DNA of 25,020 bases. It comes from Phycisphaerales bacterium. GTDB taxonomy: Bacteria; Planctomycetota; Phycisphaerae; WQYP01. Made by a program: the position numbers and the translations under genes. Positions 1-9,369 of this stretch are shown one piece after another. Position 1 is the first letter of the stretch; every line of letters begins with the position of its first letter. Under the pieces are notes generated by a model that was not told where the DNA came from, did no database searches, and worked only from the letters and a program-made list of their open reading frames with translations. The DNA lies in assembly GCA_027451365.1 (NCBI GenBank), contig DAIDJN010000072.1, positions 1 through 25,020 on the forward strand. Reading direction: 5' to 3'.

Positions 1-292
1 TATGCCCGCTGGCTTAACGGCATAAACGGACAGGGTTCGCTGGTGCTGTTGGGGATGGATTACGAAACGTTTGGCCAGCGCCATCCCGCGGATTCCGGCA
101 TTTTTGACTTTCTTGCGGCGTTGCCGGGCCATGTTCTGGCGATAAGTGACATATTCAACACCCCGGCTGTTTGCCGACTGGCGGCGCATGATCACCAGTG
201 ACCACTTCTATTACATGAATTTGGCATGCCGGCGCGATAATCGAGCCGTATTCCGTTCGGCAATTTTTAATCCCGCCCGAAAGCGGTTCTAA
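1..292 (+). pseudogene. 3' fragment of a glycoside hydrolase family 57 (alpha-amylase-like) gene with an apparent internal deletion and frameshift; 5' part lies outside the window
   Basis: Frame 1 (1-201) reads YARWLNGINGQGSLVLLGMDYETFGQRHPADSGIFDFLAALP..., matching the GH57 DYETFGEHQ...GIFxFL..LP block, then stops at 199-201. Frame 2 from about 161 reads PRLFADWRRMITSDHFYYM..., matching the downstream GH57 WRxLQTSDHFYYM block, and stops at 290-292. Confidence 0.75.
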
Positions 293-517
293 ATGGAACG
301 CCGGCATTTGGTCAAATAAATCGTTGTCACGAATATTTTAATTAGATTATGTAACTATTATCCAATACAAACGTTCTGCTATCAGGATGCCAAATCCCGC
401 GCCACGGGTTAGCGAAGGAGCAAAAAGCAGCGGCACGTTGGCTGGATTTTTATGGTGTTTTATCGCTTTTTTCGGGGAACCAGTCCGAAAGATGCGGGCG
501 GCAAGGCCATCTGACTG

Positions 518-530
518 CCTTAACTTAAGG
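518..530. promoter_or_regulatory. Palindrome CCTTAA-C-TTAAGG overlapping the ribosome-binding region of the MarR gene; candidate autoregulatory operator
   Basis: Perfect 6-1-6 inverted repeat ending 6 nt before ATG 537. MarR dimers typically bind short palindromes near their own start; function is inferred. Confidence 0.35.
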
Positions 531-536
531 GTCCTT

Positions 537-1127
537 ATGAAAACCATAAATGCTTCTCAAAAGCAACTATTATCGCCTTCCGCTTCAGACCCGCAAATAG
601 CGGTTCCCACCGTTTCGCCGGAATCGCTCGGACGCGCCTATGTGGCCCTTATTCCGCAGATGATGGGTTCCCTGCGCAGCCACCTGCGCACCTTGGAAGG
701 GGGCGATTTGCGCGTCGGCCAGTTCCGCATGATGATGGCCATTCGCATGGAAAATAAGCCTTCACTTTCCCAGGTGGCGGAATTTGTCGGTCTAACGCCG
801 CCGTCTGCCTCCAGGGTCGCCGACGAACTTGAAATCCGCGGCCTTATCACGCGCAGGCCCGATAAACTTGATCGGCGCCGCCAGATTCTTTCATTGACTG
901 CCGAGGGCATTGAAGTGCTGGAAATGGTCAAACGCACCGCAGAAACACATTTTGCCGGTCTGTTCCGCAACCTTACGCCCGCGGAGCGAAGTTTTCTGCT
1001 GTGCGCTGCGGATACGCTGCGACCATTGTTTCGTGTCGGTCCAGTCGATCCGCCCGCTGTCTTGGCCAGTGCCGCAGGCCGCGCGGATATTCCACCGACC
1101 ACTGAAAAAAGCAAAGGCGCAGGTTAA
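537..1127 (+). CDS. MarR-family winged-helix transcriptional regulator
   Basis: ORF 387-1127, with likely start ATG 537 (AAGGG just upstream). Motifs SLSQVAEFVGLTPPSASRVADELEIRGLITRRPDKLDRRRQILSLTAEG (HTH plus DRR wing). First gene before an efflux operon. Confidence 0.92.
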   Translation: MKTINASQKQLLSPSASDPQIAVPTVSPESLGRAYVALIPQMMGSLRSHLRTLEGGDLRVGQFRMMMAIRMENKPSLSQVAEFVGLTPPSASRVADELEIRGLITRRPDKLDRRRQILSLTAEGIEVLEMVKRTAETHFAGLFRNLTPAERSFLLCAADTLRPLFRVGPVDPPAVLASAAGRADIPPTTEKSKGAG

Positions 1128-1174
1128 TGTCACATACTCTCCGAATTTTCTGGACTGTTCACCGGAGTCTTATC

Positions 1175-2482
1175 ATGAAAATCGTAATCAGGGTTCTTCT
1201 GCTCGTCTGTGTCGCCGCGGCCGGCTATTGGCTCTGGCACCATTTTACTTCAACAGGCCAGGCGGCGGTGGCATTTCAAACCGCGCCGGTAAAACGCGGC
1301 ACGCTGGCAGCCACAGTCAGTGCCACCGGCACCCTCGAGCCGCGTGACGTGGTGGATGTTGGTGCCCAGGTAAACGGAACGATCATGTCCTTCGGCACCG
1401 ATGCGCTGGGCCACACCGTGGATTACGATTCGCCGGTGAACAAAGGCACCGTTCTGGCCACGATTGACCCGTCGAATTACGCAGCTCAGGCGGCAGTTGC
1501 CCAGGCGTCGCTGGCCCAGGCTCAGGCCAATGTGGAAGTGGCCCAGGCCAGGCTCGCACAGTATCAGGCGGCATTCGTAGATGCCCAGGCAGACTGGCGG
1601 CGTGCCGAAAAAATGGGGCCTTCGGGTGACGCCCTTTCCGTTACGCAATACGATGCGTACAAGTCAACTTACGATCAGGCCAAGGCGAATGTGGCACTCG
1701 GTGCCGCGTCGCTCGTGCAGGCCCGCAAAGCTGTCGATGCCGCGAAGGCCACGCTGAACGATGCCAAAATTACGCTCGGTTATTGCACAATCACATCTCC
1801 GGTGAAAGGCGTCGTGATTGACCGTCGGGTGGATATTGGCCAGACCGTGGCGTCCAGCTTCAGCACCCCAAGTCTTTTCCTGATTGCCAAAAGTCTTGAA
1901 AAAATTCAGGTCTGGACCTCCGTAAACGAGGCCGATATCGGCCGAATTGCCAAAGGAGATGCAGCCACCTTCACCGTGGATGCCTTCCCAGGCCGGGTAT
2001 TCCGCGGAGTGGTATCGCAAATTCGCCTGAACGCCACCATGGTCCAGAATGTAGTAACCTACACCGTCGTGGTAGATACGGACAATCCCGGCGGCGTGCT
2101 TTTGCCCTATCTGACTGCGCAGACGGATTTTCTCGTCGCCCAGCGGAAAAATGTATTGATGGTTCCCAATGCAGCGTTGCGATGGGTGCCTCGGTCTTCT
2201 GAAATTCAGCCGGTTGTGGCGGCCGGTCAGCCGAAGAACGCAAGTTCGCTGAAACCGCGCAGCGGCACAGCCACGGGAACCGTCTGGGTGCCGTCCGGCC
2301 GGTACGTCAGGCCAATTAAGGTAAGTGTAGGCCTGGCCAATAATTACGATACTCAAATAGATTCTCCGGAAATTAAACCCGGATTGCTGGTGGTTGTAGG
2401 CGAAAGGCAAAATACGCGCAGCGCCGCGGGTGCCACTAATCCCTTTATCCCCCAGCCGTTTAAGCACACGAAAAAGAATTAA
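1175..2482 (+). CDS. Efflux periplasmic adaptor / membrane fusion protein (MacA-like)
   Basis: N-terminal TM anchor, VSATGTLEP..VDVGAQVNG, Ala/Gln-rich hairpin, ITSPVKGVVIDRRVDIGQTVASSF, VNEADIG, FTVDAFP. Start 1175 has GGAG upstream; alternative start 1127 overlaps the MarR stop (TAATG). Confidence 0.93.
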   Translation: MKIVIRVLLLVCVAAAGYWLWHHFTSTGQAAVAFQTAPVKRGTLAATVSATGTLEPRDVVDVGAQVNGTIMSFGTDALGHTVDYDSPVNKGTVLATIDPSNYAAQAAVAQASLAQAQANVEVAQARLAQYQAAFVDAQADWRRAEKMGPSGDALSVTQYDAYKSTYDQAKANVALGAASLVQARKAVDAAKATLNDAKITLGYCTITSPVKGVVIDRRVDIGQTVASSFSTPSLFLIAKSLEKIQVWTSVNEADIGRIAKGDAATFTVDAFPGRVFRGVVSQIRLNATMVQNVVTYTVVVDTDNPGGVLLPYLTAQTDFLVAQRKNVLMVPNAALRWVPRSSEIQPVVAAGQPKNASSLKPRSGTATGTVWVPSGRYVRPIKVSVGLANNYDTQIDSPEIKPGLLVVVGERQNTRSAAGATNPFIPQPFKHTKKN

Positions 2483-2515
2483 CACAATTATGCACGGTCG
2501 CCCGGAGTCGCGGAC

Positions 2516-3241
2516 ATGATGGAACTGATAAAAGTCGAAAACATCGTCAAAACCTACCAGCTTGGCGGGGGTGGCGTACAGGTGCTTAAGGGCGTCTCGC
2601 TTGCCATTGACCGGGGGGAGATGGTGGCCCTTATGGGCGCATCGGGTTCCGGCAAAACCACACTGATGAATATCCTTGGCTGCCTGGACCGGCCGACTTC
2701 AGGAAAATATTTTCTTGACGGCCAGGAAATTTCCCGGATGTCGGTGAATCAACGGGCGCTGGTCCGCAATGAGAAAATTGGATTTGTGTTTCAGAATTTC
2801 AATCTTCTGGCGCGCACCACCGCCCTGGAAAATGTGCTGCTGCCGACAAGCTATTCCAACGAACCGCTTTCCGCCAAAGCCCACCGCCTTCGCGCCACAG
2901 AACTTCTCGAACAGGTCGGCCTTGCAGACCGTCTGGACCATGAACCTTCCCAGCTATCCGGCGGCCAGCAGCAGCGCGTGGCCATTGCCCGGTCGCTGGT
3001 GAATAATCCCAAACTGGTACTGGCGGATGAACCAACGGGCAACCTGGATTCGCGGACCAGTGAAGAGGTTCTTCGGATGTTTCAGGAATTAAATGAAAAA
3101 AAAGGCATCACCATTCTGCTGGTAACCCATGATGCCACGGTTGCTGCTCATGCAAAACGAACCATCCGCATTCGCGATGGCCTGATTGAAGAAAGCCTCC
3201 CGAAAAATAGTGCCGACGCGGCGGCCCTCCCAGTGACCTGA
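2516..3241 (+). CDS. ABC transporter ATP-binding protein (MacB/LolD subfamily)
   Basis: Walker [20 protein letters not shown]-loop, signature [13 protein letters not shown], Walker [14 protein letters not shown]-loop VTHD. Confidence 0.96.
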   Translation: MMELIKVENIVKTYQLGGGGVQVLKGVSLAIDRGEMVALMGASGSGKTTLMNILGCLDRPTSGKYFLDGQEISRMSVNQRALVRNEKIGFVFQNFNLLARTTALENVLLPTSYSNEPLSAKAHRLRATELLEQVGLADRLDHEPSQLSGGQQQRVAIARSLVNNPKLVLADEPTGNLDSRTSEEVLRMFQELNEKKGITILLVTHDATVAAHAKRTIRIRDGLIEESLPKNSADAAALPVT

Positions 3242-3259
3242 TTATTCCAAAGGTGACTT

Positions 3260-4624
3260 ATGCTGAAAATGACAACAACCCTTATAACCGCCCTGCGGGC
3301 ACTCCGCCGCAATCCATTGCGATCCGCGCTTACGACGCTTGGTATTATCATCGGTATCGCTGCGGTTATTGCCATGGTACAAATTGGCGAAGGTTCTTCG
3401 GCGGCTATTAAACAGACCATCGCCAACATGGGAGCCAATGAATTAATCATATTCCCCGGAGCCGCCGCCAGTGGAGGCGTTAGTTTTGGCGGCGGCAGCG
3501 CGGTGACGCTTACCTCGGCGGATGCCGACGCGGTTGCTCGCGATTGTCCATCCATCGGAACCGCGGCCCCTGTGGTCAACGGGCGCATGCAGTTGGTCCG
3601 TGGCGGCCAGAACTGGGTACCGCAATTCATAGCCGGTACCACGCCGGCATATTTTGCGATACGCGATTGGGCGGTTTCCCAGGGGCGGCTATTTGGCAAC
3701 GACGATGTCAGCGGGGCCAACGAGGTTTGCGTGCTGGGGCAGACTGTGGTCAAACAGCTTTTTCCCAGCGGCATGCCCGTGGGAAAAACCATTCTTGTCA
3801 ACGGCGTACCGTTGAAGGTCATTGGCGTCCTGCAATTCAAAGGCGCCAATATGATGGGCATGGACCAGGATGACATTCTTGCAATGCCTTGGACAACCAT
3901 GAAATACCGTGTTTCCGGCACCGCATTACAGAACCAGAACCAAAGCTCGGCCGCCGGTGGCAGCACGTTTTCCACCAGCCAACTCTATCCGGAAACGTCA
4001 CAGAATTTATACCCGGTTCCTTCCGCAACCGAACAGCAGGATCTGCCACAACCGGTCCGGTTCCCCAATGTCAATTCCATTCTGGTTTCCGTGCCCACCA
4101 GTGCTCAGATACCACAGGCGGTAAACGAAATTACGGCCCTGCTGCGCCAGCGCCACCACCTGCGGGCAGGCGTGCCGAGTGATTTTAATATCCGCAATAT
4201 GGCGGAAATTTCCAATGCGCTGGGCCATACCTCACAATTGATGACCAATCTTCTCACCGGTGTGGCACTTATATCCCTGATGGTCGGCGGTGTGGGAATC
4301 ATGAATATCATGCTCGTATCTGTAACCGAACGCACGCGCGAAATAGGCCTCCGAATGGCCATTGGTGCACAGCCGGCTGACATCCTCGGCCAGTTTATTC
4401 TTGAAGCGATCGTGTTGTGCCTTTTCGGCGGTGCACTGGGAATATTCCTCGGCCAGGCACTTTCAACCGCAGTCCAGACACTCCTGCATTGGCCGATTCA
4501 ACTTTCCGCGCCAGCCATGATCGCGTCGGTGGCCGTTTCCGTGGTGGTGGGACTGGTCTTCGGCTATTACCCGGCATGGAAGGCTTCGCGGCTGGATCCA
4601 ATTGAAGCACTGCGTTACGAATAA
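3260..4624 (+). CDS. ABC transporter permease (MacB/FtsX family)
   Basis: RSALTTLGIIIGIAAVIAMV first TM, large periplasmic domain, VGGVGIMNIMLVSVTERTREIGLRMAIGA, C-terminal GYYPAWKASRLDPIEALRYE. Confidence 0.96.
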   Translation: MLKMTTTLITALRALRRNPLRSALTTLGIIIGIAAVIAMVQIGEGSSAAIKQTIANMGANELIIFPGAAASGGVSFGGGSAVTLTSADADAVARDCPSIGTAAPVVNGRMQLVRGGQNWVPQFIAGTTPAYFAIRDWAVSQGRLFGNDDVSGANEVCVLGQTVVKQLFPSGMPVGKTILVNGVPLKVIGVLQFKGANMMGMDQDDILAMPWTTMKYRVSGTALQNQNQSSAAGGSTFSTSQLYPETSQNLYPVPSATEQQDLPQPVRFPNVNSILVSVPTSAQIPQAVNEITALLRQRHHLRAGVPSDFNIRNMAEISNALGHTSQLMTNLLTGVALISLMVGGVGIMNIMLVSVTERTREIGLRMAIGAQPADILGQFILEAIVLCLFGGALGIFLGQALSTAVQTLLHWPIQLSAPAMIASVAVSVVVGLVFGYYPAWKASRLDPIEALRYE

Positions 4625-4651
4625 TCCCGCCCTTATTCCTGGAGTTGAACC

Positions 4652-6154
4652 ATGAAATTTTCAAAAATATCCGCGGTTCTGTTTCTGGCCGCTGCAATGG
4701 CGGTGGCCGGGTGCGAAGTCGGGCCTAATTTTCGGCAGCCAAAAATGGCCATGCCCGCCCACTGGTCCGGCACCTCAGCGGACTTAGGGCCGACCGGCTC
4801 CGGGCCCGCCGCAAATTCTGCGCCATCTGGCCACACAACCATGGTCACCAGTGCCCCCGCTAATCTGGCCACGTGGTGGAAAAGTTTTCAGGATCCGGTG
4901 TTGAATTCGCTGGTGGGCCGGGCGCTGGCGCAAAATCTTTCCCTGCAACAGGCTCAACAGCAGATTGTGGCCTCACGTGAGGTTCGCAACGCCTCCGCAG
5001 CCACGCTTGGCCCGTTCGTCAGTGCCGGCGGTTCATACCAGCGCAGTCGCGGCAGTAAAAACCTTGGCTCCGGCGGCGGCGGAGGACCATCGGAAAGCAA
5101 TCTGTATCAGGCCGGTTTTGACGCCACTTGGGAACTGGATATTTTCGGGCAGGTGCGGCGCGGTGTGGAGGCGGCCAATGCGAATCTAAAGGCCGCTGTT
5201 GACAGCCGCCGCGAGCTTATGGTCACATTGCTGGGCGAACTGGGCAACGATTACATGACGCTTCGCGGCGTACAGCGGCAGATTGTCGTGACCCGGGACA
5301 ATCTGAAAAGCCAGATCAAAACGGTTGCTTTGCTCAAAGCACAAATTGGTGGCGGAATCGCCACCCAGCTTGCCCTGACCAGCGCGCAGGCTCAGGCACA
5401 AACCACCCGCAGTCAGATTCCCGAATTGCGCATTCAAGAGCGCCAGCTTATTTATGCCATCAGTCTCCTGCTTTCCGAACCGCCCGATACGCTGGTTAAA
5501 GAGTTGTCCGTGAAGCGCCCCATTCCCCTGGTACCGTCGATCGTACCCGTCGGACTGCCGGGGGATCTGCTCCTTCGCAGGCCGGATGTGCGCCAGGCTG
5601 AACAGGAATATGCCGCCGCAACCGCCAATGTGGGGGTCGCGGAAGCCAATCTGTTTCCCCAGTTTACAATTAACGGCAATATCGGATATTCAGCCTCGGA
5701 CGCGGCTAAATGGTTTGATGCCAGTTCGCTCGGTTATGGAATCGGCCCAAGTGTCTCCTGGTCTATTTTGAACTGGGGCCAGGTCGGTGCGACTATTAAT
5801 CAACAAAAAGCCCTGCGTGTTGAGTCTTTACTGAATTATCATCAGGTGGTGCTTCAGGCGCTGAGTGATGCCGATTCCGCCCTCGCGGCATACACTCGGG
5901 AGCTTGTGCATGAACAGGACCTGACACTGGCCGTAAAGGAAAATCAGCAGGCGGTCAATTTGTCGTTGCGGCTGTACCATGACGGCTTGACCAATTATTT
6001 GAATGTGCTTCAGGCCCAGCAGTCGCTTTATCTTTCGCAGGAAACTCTCGCGCAAAGCCAGACCGCCGTTTCAGCGGATCTGGTCGCGCTGTACAAAGCT
6101 CTTGGGGGCGGCTGGCCGGCCGCCGCAGCCGTCAAGGCGAAAGCCAAAAGCTGA
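4652..6154 (+). CDS. Outer membrane efflux factor lipoprotein (TolC/NodT/OprM family)
   Basis: GGAG RBS, lipobox AVAGC followed by EVGPNF, WWKSFQDPVL, FDATWELDIFG, PVGLPGDLLLRRPDVRQAE, C-terminal LYKALGGGW. Confidence 0.95.
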   Translation: MKFSKISAVLFLAAAMAVAGCEVGPNFRQPKMAMPAHWSGTSADLGPTGSGPAANSAPSGHTTMVTSAPANLATWWKSFQDPVLNSLVGRALAQNLSLQQAQQQIVASREVRNASAATLGPFVSAGGSYQRSRGSKNLGSGGGGGPSESNLYQAGFDATWELDIFGQVRRGVEAANANLKAAVDSRRELMVTLLGELGNDYMTLRGVQRQIVVTRDNLKSQIKTVALLKAQIGGGIATQLALTSAQAQAQTTRSQIPELRIQERQLIYAISLLLSEPPDTLVKELSVKRPIPLVPSIVPVGLPGDLLLRRPDVRQAEQEYAAATANVGVAEANLFPQFTINGNIGYSASDAAKWFDASSLGYGIGPSVSWSILNWGQVGATINQQKALRVESLLNYHQVVLQALSDADSALAAYTRELVHEQDLTLAVKENQQAVNLSLRLYHDGLTNYLNVLQAQQSLYLSQETLAQSQTAVSADLVALYKALGGGWPAAAAVKAKAKS

Positions 6155-6883
6155 CCAAGCCATTTCCCGCAGGCGAAATTCCCCAGCACCAAGCCAACGA
6201 GACGGCTTTGTCGTAGCATCAACTGGTCGCATGGGTATCGAACGGGAGGACGTATTAGGGCAACCTTGACTTGCCAAGCTATTTTCCCCCAAGATTGTTC
6301 CACTTCGCAAACGATCGGCTTGAACGCCTGTCGGCCTGTTCGCTCCGCCAATGCGAGGCAGGCTCGGTCACATGGGAGCGCACCTGTGGCGGCGGTTGTT
6401 GTGCGTATTTGAGGCTCGCCAAGCTGAGTCCATATTCAAAATCAACAATGACCAACCCCAAATCCCGAATCACCAGTTAAGTCTGGTCTGCCGGCGAAAC
6501 AACCCCTGTCACCTGGGCGCAAAACAGACTTTGCTAAAAGTGAGTCTTCCCCCGCAGAAAGCCCGAAGTAACATCCAGCTTCGATCCCTAATATTTAGAT
6601 TCCATTTTCCATAACTGCCTCTCCTGATAACTGCTTACGCGCCCAGTACGTCCTGTGATCGACCGGTGCCCAAAATGGTGCCAATGGAGTAACCGGGGAG
6701 AGCATCACACCGGCTGTAGTGTGGAATCTCAAACAAGTGTATTTGGATGTAAGCGTTCTGGTGTTTGCGGTGCGGTTTTGTGCCGTTCACCGGCTTCGGC
6801 GGAATTTGTTTTGCGGCCATGGCTTTTTTGCTGCTCCCCTACGGGTCGGCGAAACAAGCTGAGTTTTTTTCTTTACTTCGGGA

Positions 6884-7636
6884 GTGTTGACAGTGCAATT
6901 TCGGAAAATCGTTCGGGCCAGTTTTATTTCCTCAGTTGCTGCTGCGGCTCTTTGGACATCGTCGCGACCGGCTCGCGCTAATTTAATCACGAATGGAGAT
7001 TTTTCCGCTAATGCCGGAAGCTATGTAACCTATCTGGGCTATTCATCGAATTTCCTCCCGAACGTTCAGGCCAATCCGGCCTCTCCAACAGGCTGGACGA
7101 TAACGGCGAATTATCCGGTCGGTCTGAATGGATCCGGCACTGCATTTACGTCAGGAACCCCAACCCCATTTGCACCGTCAAACATGTCCGGCGTTACTGA
7201 TTTTGCGTTTATGCAGGACGCATCCAATTATACCGGATCAGCCATCAGTCAAGTCATTGCGACCGTATTAGGGCAAACCTATACGCTCAGTTACGTTGCC
7301 GCACAGCGCATTAATAACCCGTCTGCCACAATGGAAACGCTGGTGAATAACGCGCTAAGCGGTTCGCCTATTGCGTCACAAAATCCCACCATTTCCACTG
7401 CCGCCTTTACCGCCAACAGCTTGACCTTCACCGCAGTATCCTCATCCACGCAAATTGTATTTGAAAACACCACGTCCGGCACAAATGGTCTAGACAACAC
7501 CGTTGATGTATCCAATGTGGTGGTCAGCGATGCATTGCCATCGCCCGCATCGTTCGGCCTCGTTAGTCTTGGTGGTGCTGGCCTTGGCCTGCTGCTGCTT
7601 AAGCGGCGGACTGGGCGATCTGCGATTGCAGCCTGA
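6884..7636 (+). CDS. Secreted surface protein with a DUF642-like/carbohydrate-binding-type domain and a variant PEP-CTERM sorting tail
   Basis: Signal peptide ending ARA, mature start NLITNGDFS, Ser/Thr/Asn-rich body with GQTYTLSY and LTFTA...VDVSNV strands, C-terminus LPSPASFGLVSLGGAGLGLLLLKRR. Exact start codon (6884, 6887 or 6893) is uncertain. Confidence 0.8.
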   Translation: MLTVQFRKIVRASFISSVAAAALWTSSRPARANLITNGDFSANAGSYVTYLGYSSNFLPNVQANPASPTGWTITANYPVGLNGSGTAFTSGTPTPFAPSNMSGVTDFAFMQDASNYTGSAISQVIATVLGQTYTLSYVAAQRINNPSATMETLVNNALSGSPIASQNPTISTAAFTANSLTFTAVSSSTQIVFENTTSGTNGLDNTVDVSNVVVSDALPSPASFGLVSLGGAGLGLLLLKRRTGRSAIAA

Positions 7637-7811
7637 TAATGCGCCCTGCCCTGTGAAGTCTGCCCGCTTTTGCTGGGAAATTGTTAGGCTGTGATTCCGG
7701 ACTGTCTTCGTGCGTCAGGCGTCCTAAGAGATTATTTTGGCAATCGATTATTGTGAAATTAATTGCGGCGAGAAATCAATTCCTTCGCCCGTCGACCGAC
7801 ATCAAGCGCGA

Positions 7812-8669
7812 CTAACCTGGAGCCTGTTCCACAAGGACCGAATCCAGTTGGCCATAGTGAATCAGACATATGGAATTGCTTGCAGCCAGTACCTTAATGG
7901 CCGGATCGCAAAGGCCGTCGAGTTCAAGCTGGCGCTCCGCTAACAACCGCGTTACGGACCGATTCAATCCGTTTGGCCTACCGGGATGTACCATGACTTC
8001 ACCGGTTCCAGGCGGCAGATGGGTCAACAGCAGCCGCCAGACATCCGCGGAAAATCTTCCCGTGGCCGCTAGACCAAAAAACCAGTTCGTGGTCGTTAGC
8101 CCGGCCTGGTTGATGCGCAACGCCAGCGCATGAGCCATACGTGAAACCACCCGATATCCGATTGCCGGACGGGAAACGCCTGGTATCGTCCGTTCGCGGG
8201 CGCACCGGATATGACGAATATTAAATTGTCGGGCCAGGTCAATCGCAATTTCTCCCAGCGCCGGCCAATGGTGAATATGTTTGTGCGAATCAAGATGTGT
8301 GGGCTGTAAACCGCGCGAGACGGCGAAATTGATTTGCGACTCCCATTCGCGCCGAACCTGTCGCAAAATGGACTTATCCCGCGTCAGTCGCCATATAAGT
8401 TTTGCCACCCCCGGCGGGAAAACCCCGCGCGGCGAAAACAGCGGACCATCCATGCCCGCCAGCGGCGTTCCCTGAGTCAAACTTAAATGAATTCCCACTC
8501 CCAGTCCATGATTACGCCGTGCCAATTCCACCGCCCGGTGTGCATCGGGCATCGTGGTCATCAGCGTAGTGCTGGTTAGAATGCCGGCCTGATGCGCCTG
8601 AACAATACCATCCGTAACGCCGACCGAAAAACCAAAATCATCTGCGTTTACGATAAGGTTTTGCGCCAT
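7812..8669 (-). CDS. ChbG/HpnK (YdjC) family carbohydrate deacetylase
   Basis: LIVNADDFG, GVGIHLSL, PTHLDSHKHIH and EVMVHPG motifs. Likely start MAQNL at 8669 (ORF extends to 8705). Confidence 0.92.
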   Translation of the reverse strand: MAQNLIVNADDFGFSVGVTDGIVQAHQAGILTSTTLMTTMPDAHRAVELARRNHGLGVGIHLSLTQGTPLAGMDGPLFSPRGVFPPGVAKLIWRLTRDKSILRQVRREWESQINFAVSRGLQPTHLDSHKHIHHWPALGEIAIDLARQFNIRHIRCARERTIPGVSRPAIGYRVVSRMAHALALRINQAGLTTTNWFFGLAATGRFSADVWRLLLTHLPPGTGEVMVHPGRPNGLNRSVTRLLAERQLELDGLCDPAIKVLAASNSICLIHYGQLDSVLVEQAPG

Positions 8670-8691
8670 GGGTTCGAGTATGGCGGATTCT

Positions 8692-9369
8692 TCAGCGAAT
8701 ATCAATTGGCCTGTAAACTTTCACCGACAGAAATTTGTGGCCCCAGTGTGCCGCCTGCCAGAACGTGGGAAGCAGCACATCCATCCGATAGCCATGAATC
8801 GCACCGCCGCGATCCAGCACCGGCACCGGTCGGCTGTGGTCATACCCCGGTACGCGAACCATGCAACTGAACGGAATCAAGCGTGTATCAGCGGCGACCA
8901 AATGCCCATCATTCGTCCACACACTCTTACCGGATGCCGTTACGGTTCCGTTGTACGGCCAGCAGCAGCGACGATCGGGGGCGTAGCTTGTTACCCGAAG
9001 CCGATACGTTTTCCAGTACACATATTTCCGGCCATGATACCAGTATTCATCCACAGGCCGTACATGGCGATAACGAACGTGGATCGGCAAGTCCGCCATT
9101 TGGGGCCGCGCCACATGGGCACTGGAAATATAGACCGGCATGGCAAGGCGAGCCGGCACCGGAAGCCTGGCGACGGAAAGAATCGGCGGCGCGGCCGCAT
9201 CAGGCGTAGCAACCGAAGCGGTTGGCGCATCGGATGCAACCGCCCATAACCGGGGCAGCCCTCCAACTCGCCAGAAAAGGGTCAACGCCGCCAATGCCAG
9301 GACAATCAGGGTAAGCATGGTGGCCAATTCCCAGTTTTCGCTTTTTGTAAGGCTACGCGAGTGACGCAT
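8692..9369 (-). CDS. Membrane-anchored 3D (Asp-Asp-Asp) domain protein, MltA-like cell-wall-associated
   Basis: TM segment MLTLIVLALAALTLFW; VTSYAP...TASG...VAADTRLIPF...PVLDRGGAIHGYRMDVL...AAHWG with all three Asp present. Start ATG 9369 is preceded by GGAGAG. Confidence 0.88.
   Translation of the reverse strand: MRHSRSLTKSENWELATMLTLIVLALAALTLFWRVGGLPRLWAVASDAPTASVATPDAAAPPILSVARLPVPARLAMPVYISSAHVARPQMADLPIHVRYRHVRPVDEYWYHGRKYVYWKTYRLRVTSYAPDRRCCWPYNGTVTASGKSVWTNDGHLVAADTRLIPFSCMVRVPGYDHSRPVPVLDRGGAIHGYRMDVLLPTFWQAAHWGHKFLSVKVYRPIDIR

Noticed and set aside
387..536. N-terminal 50-aa extension of the MarR ORF
   Set aside because: No MarR-like content; the sequence looks like promoter/leader DNA and ATG 537 has a plausible RBS.
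6665..6684. Possible sigma-54 promoter (TGGCAC on the minus strand) or integrase arm sites
   Set aside because: The -12 position reads GG rather than GC at GG-N10, and no integrase or tRNA is nearby.
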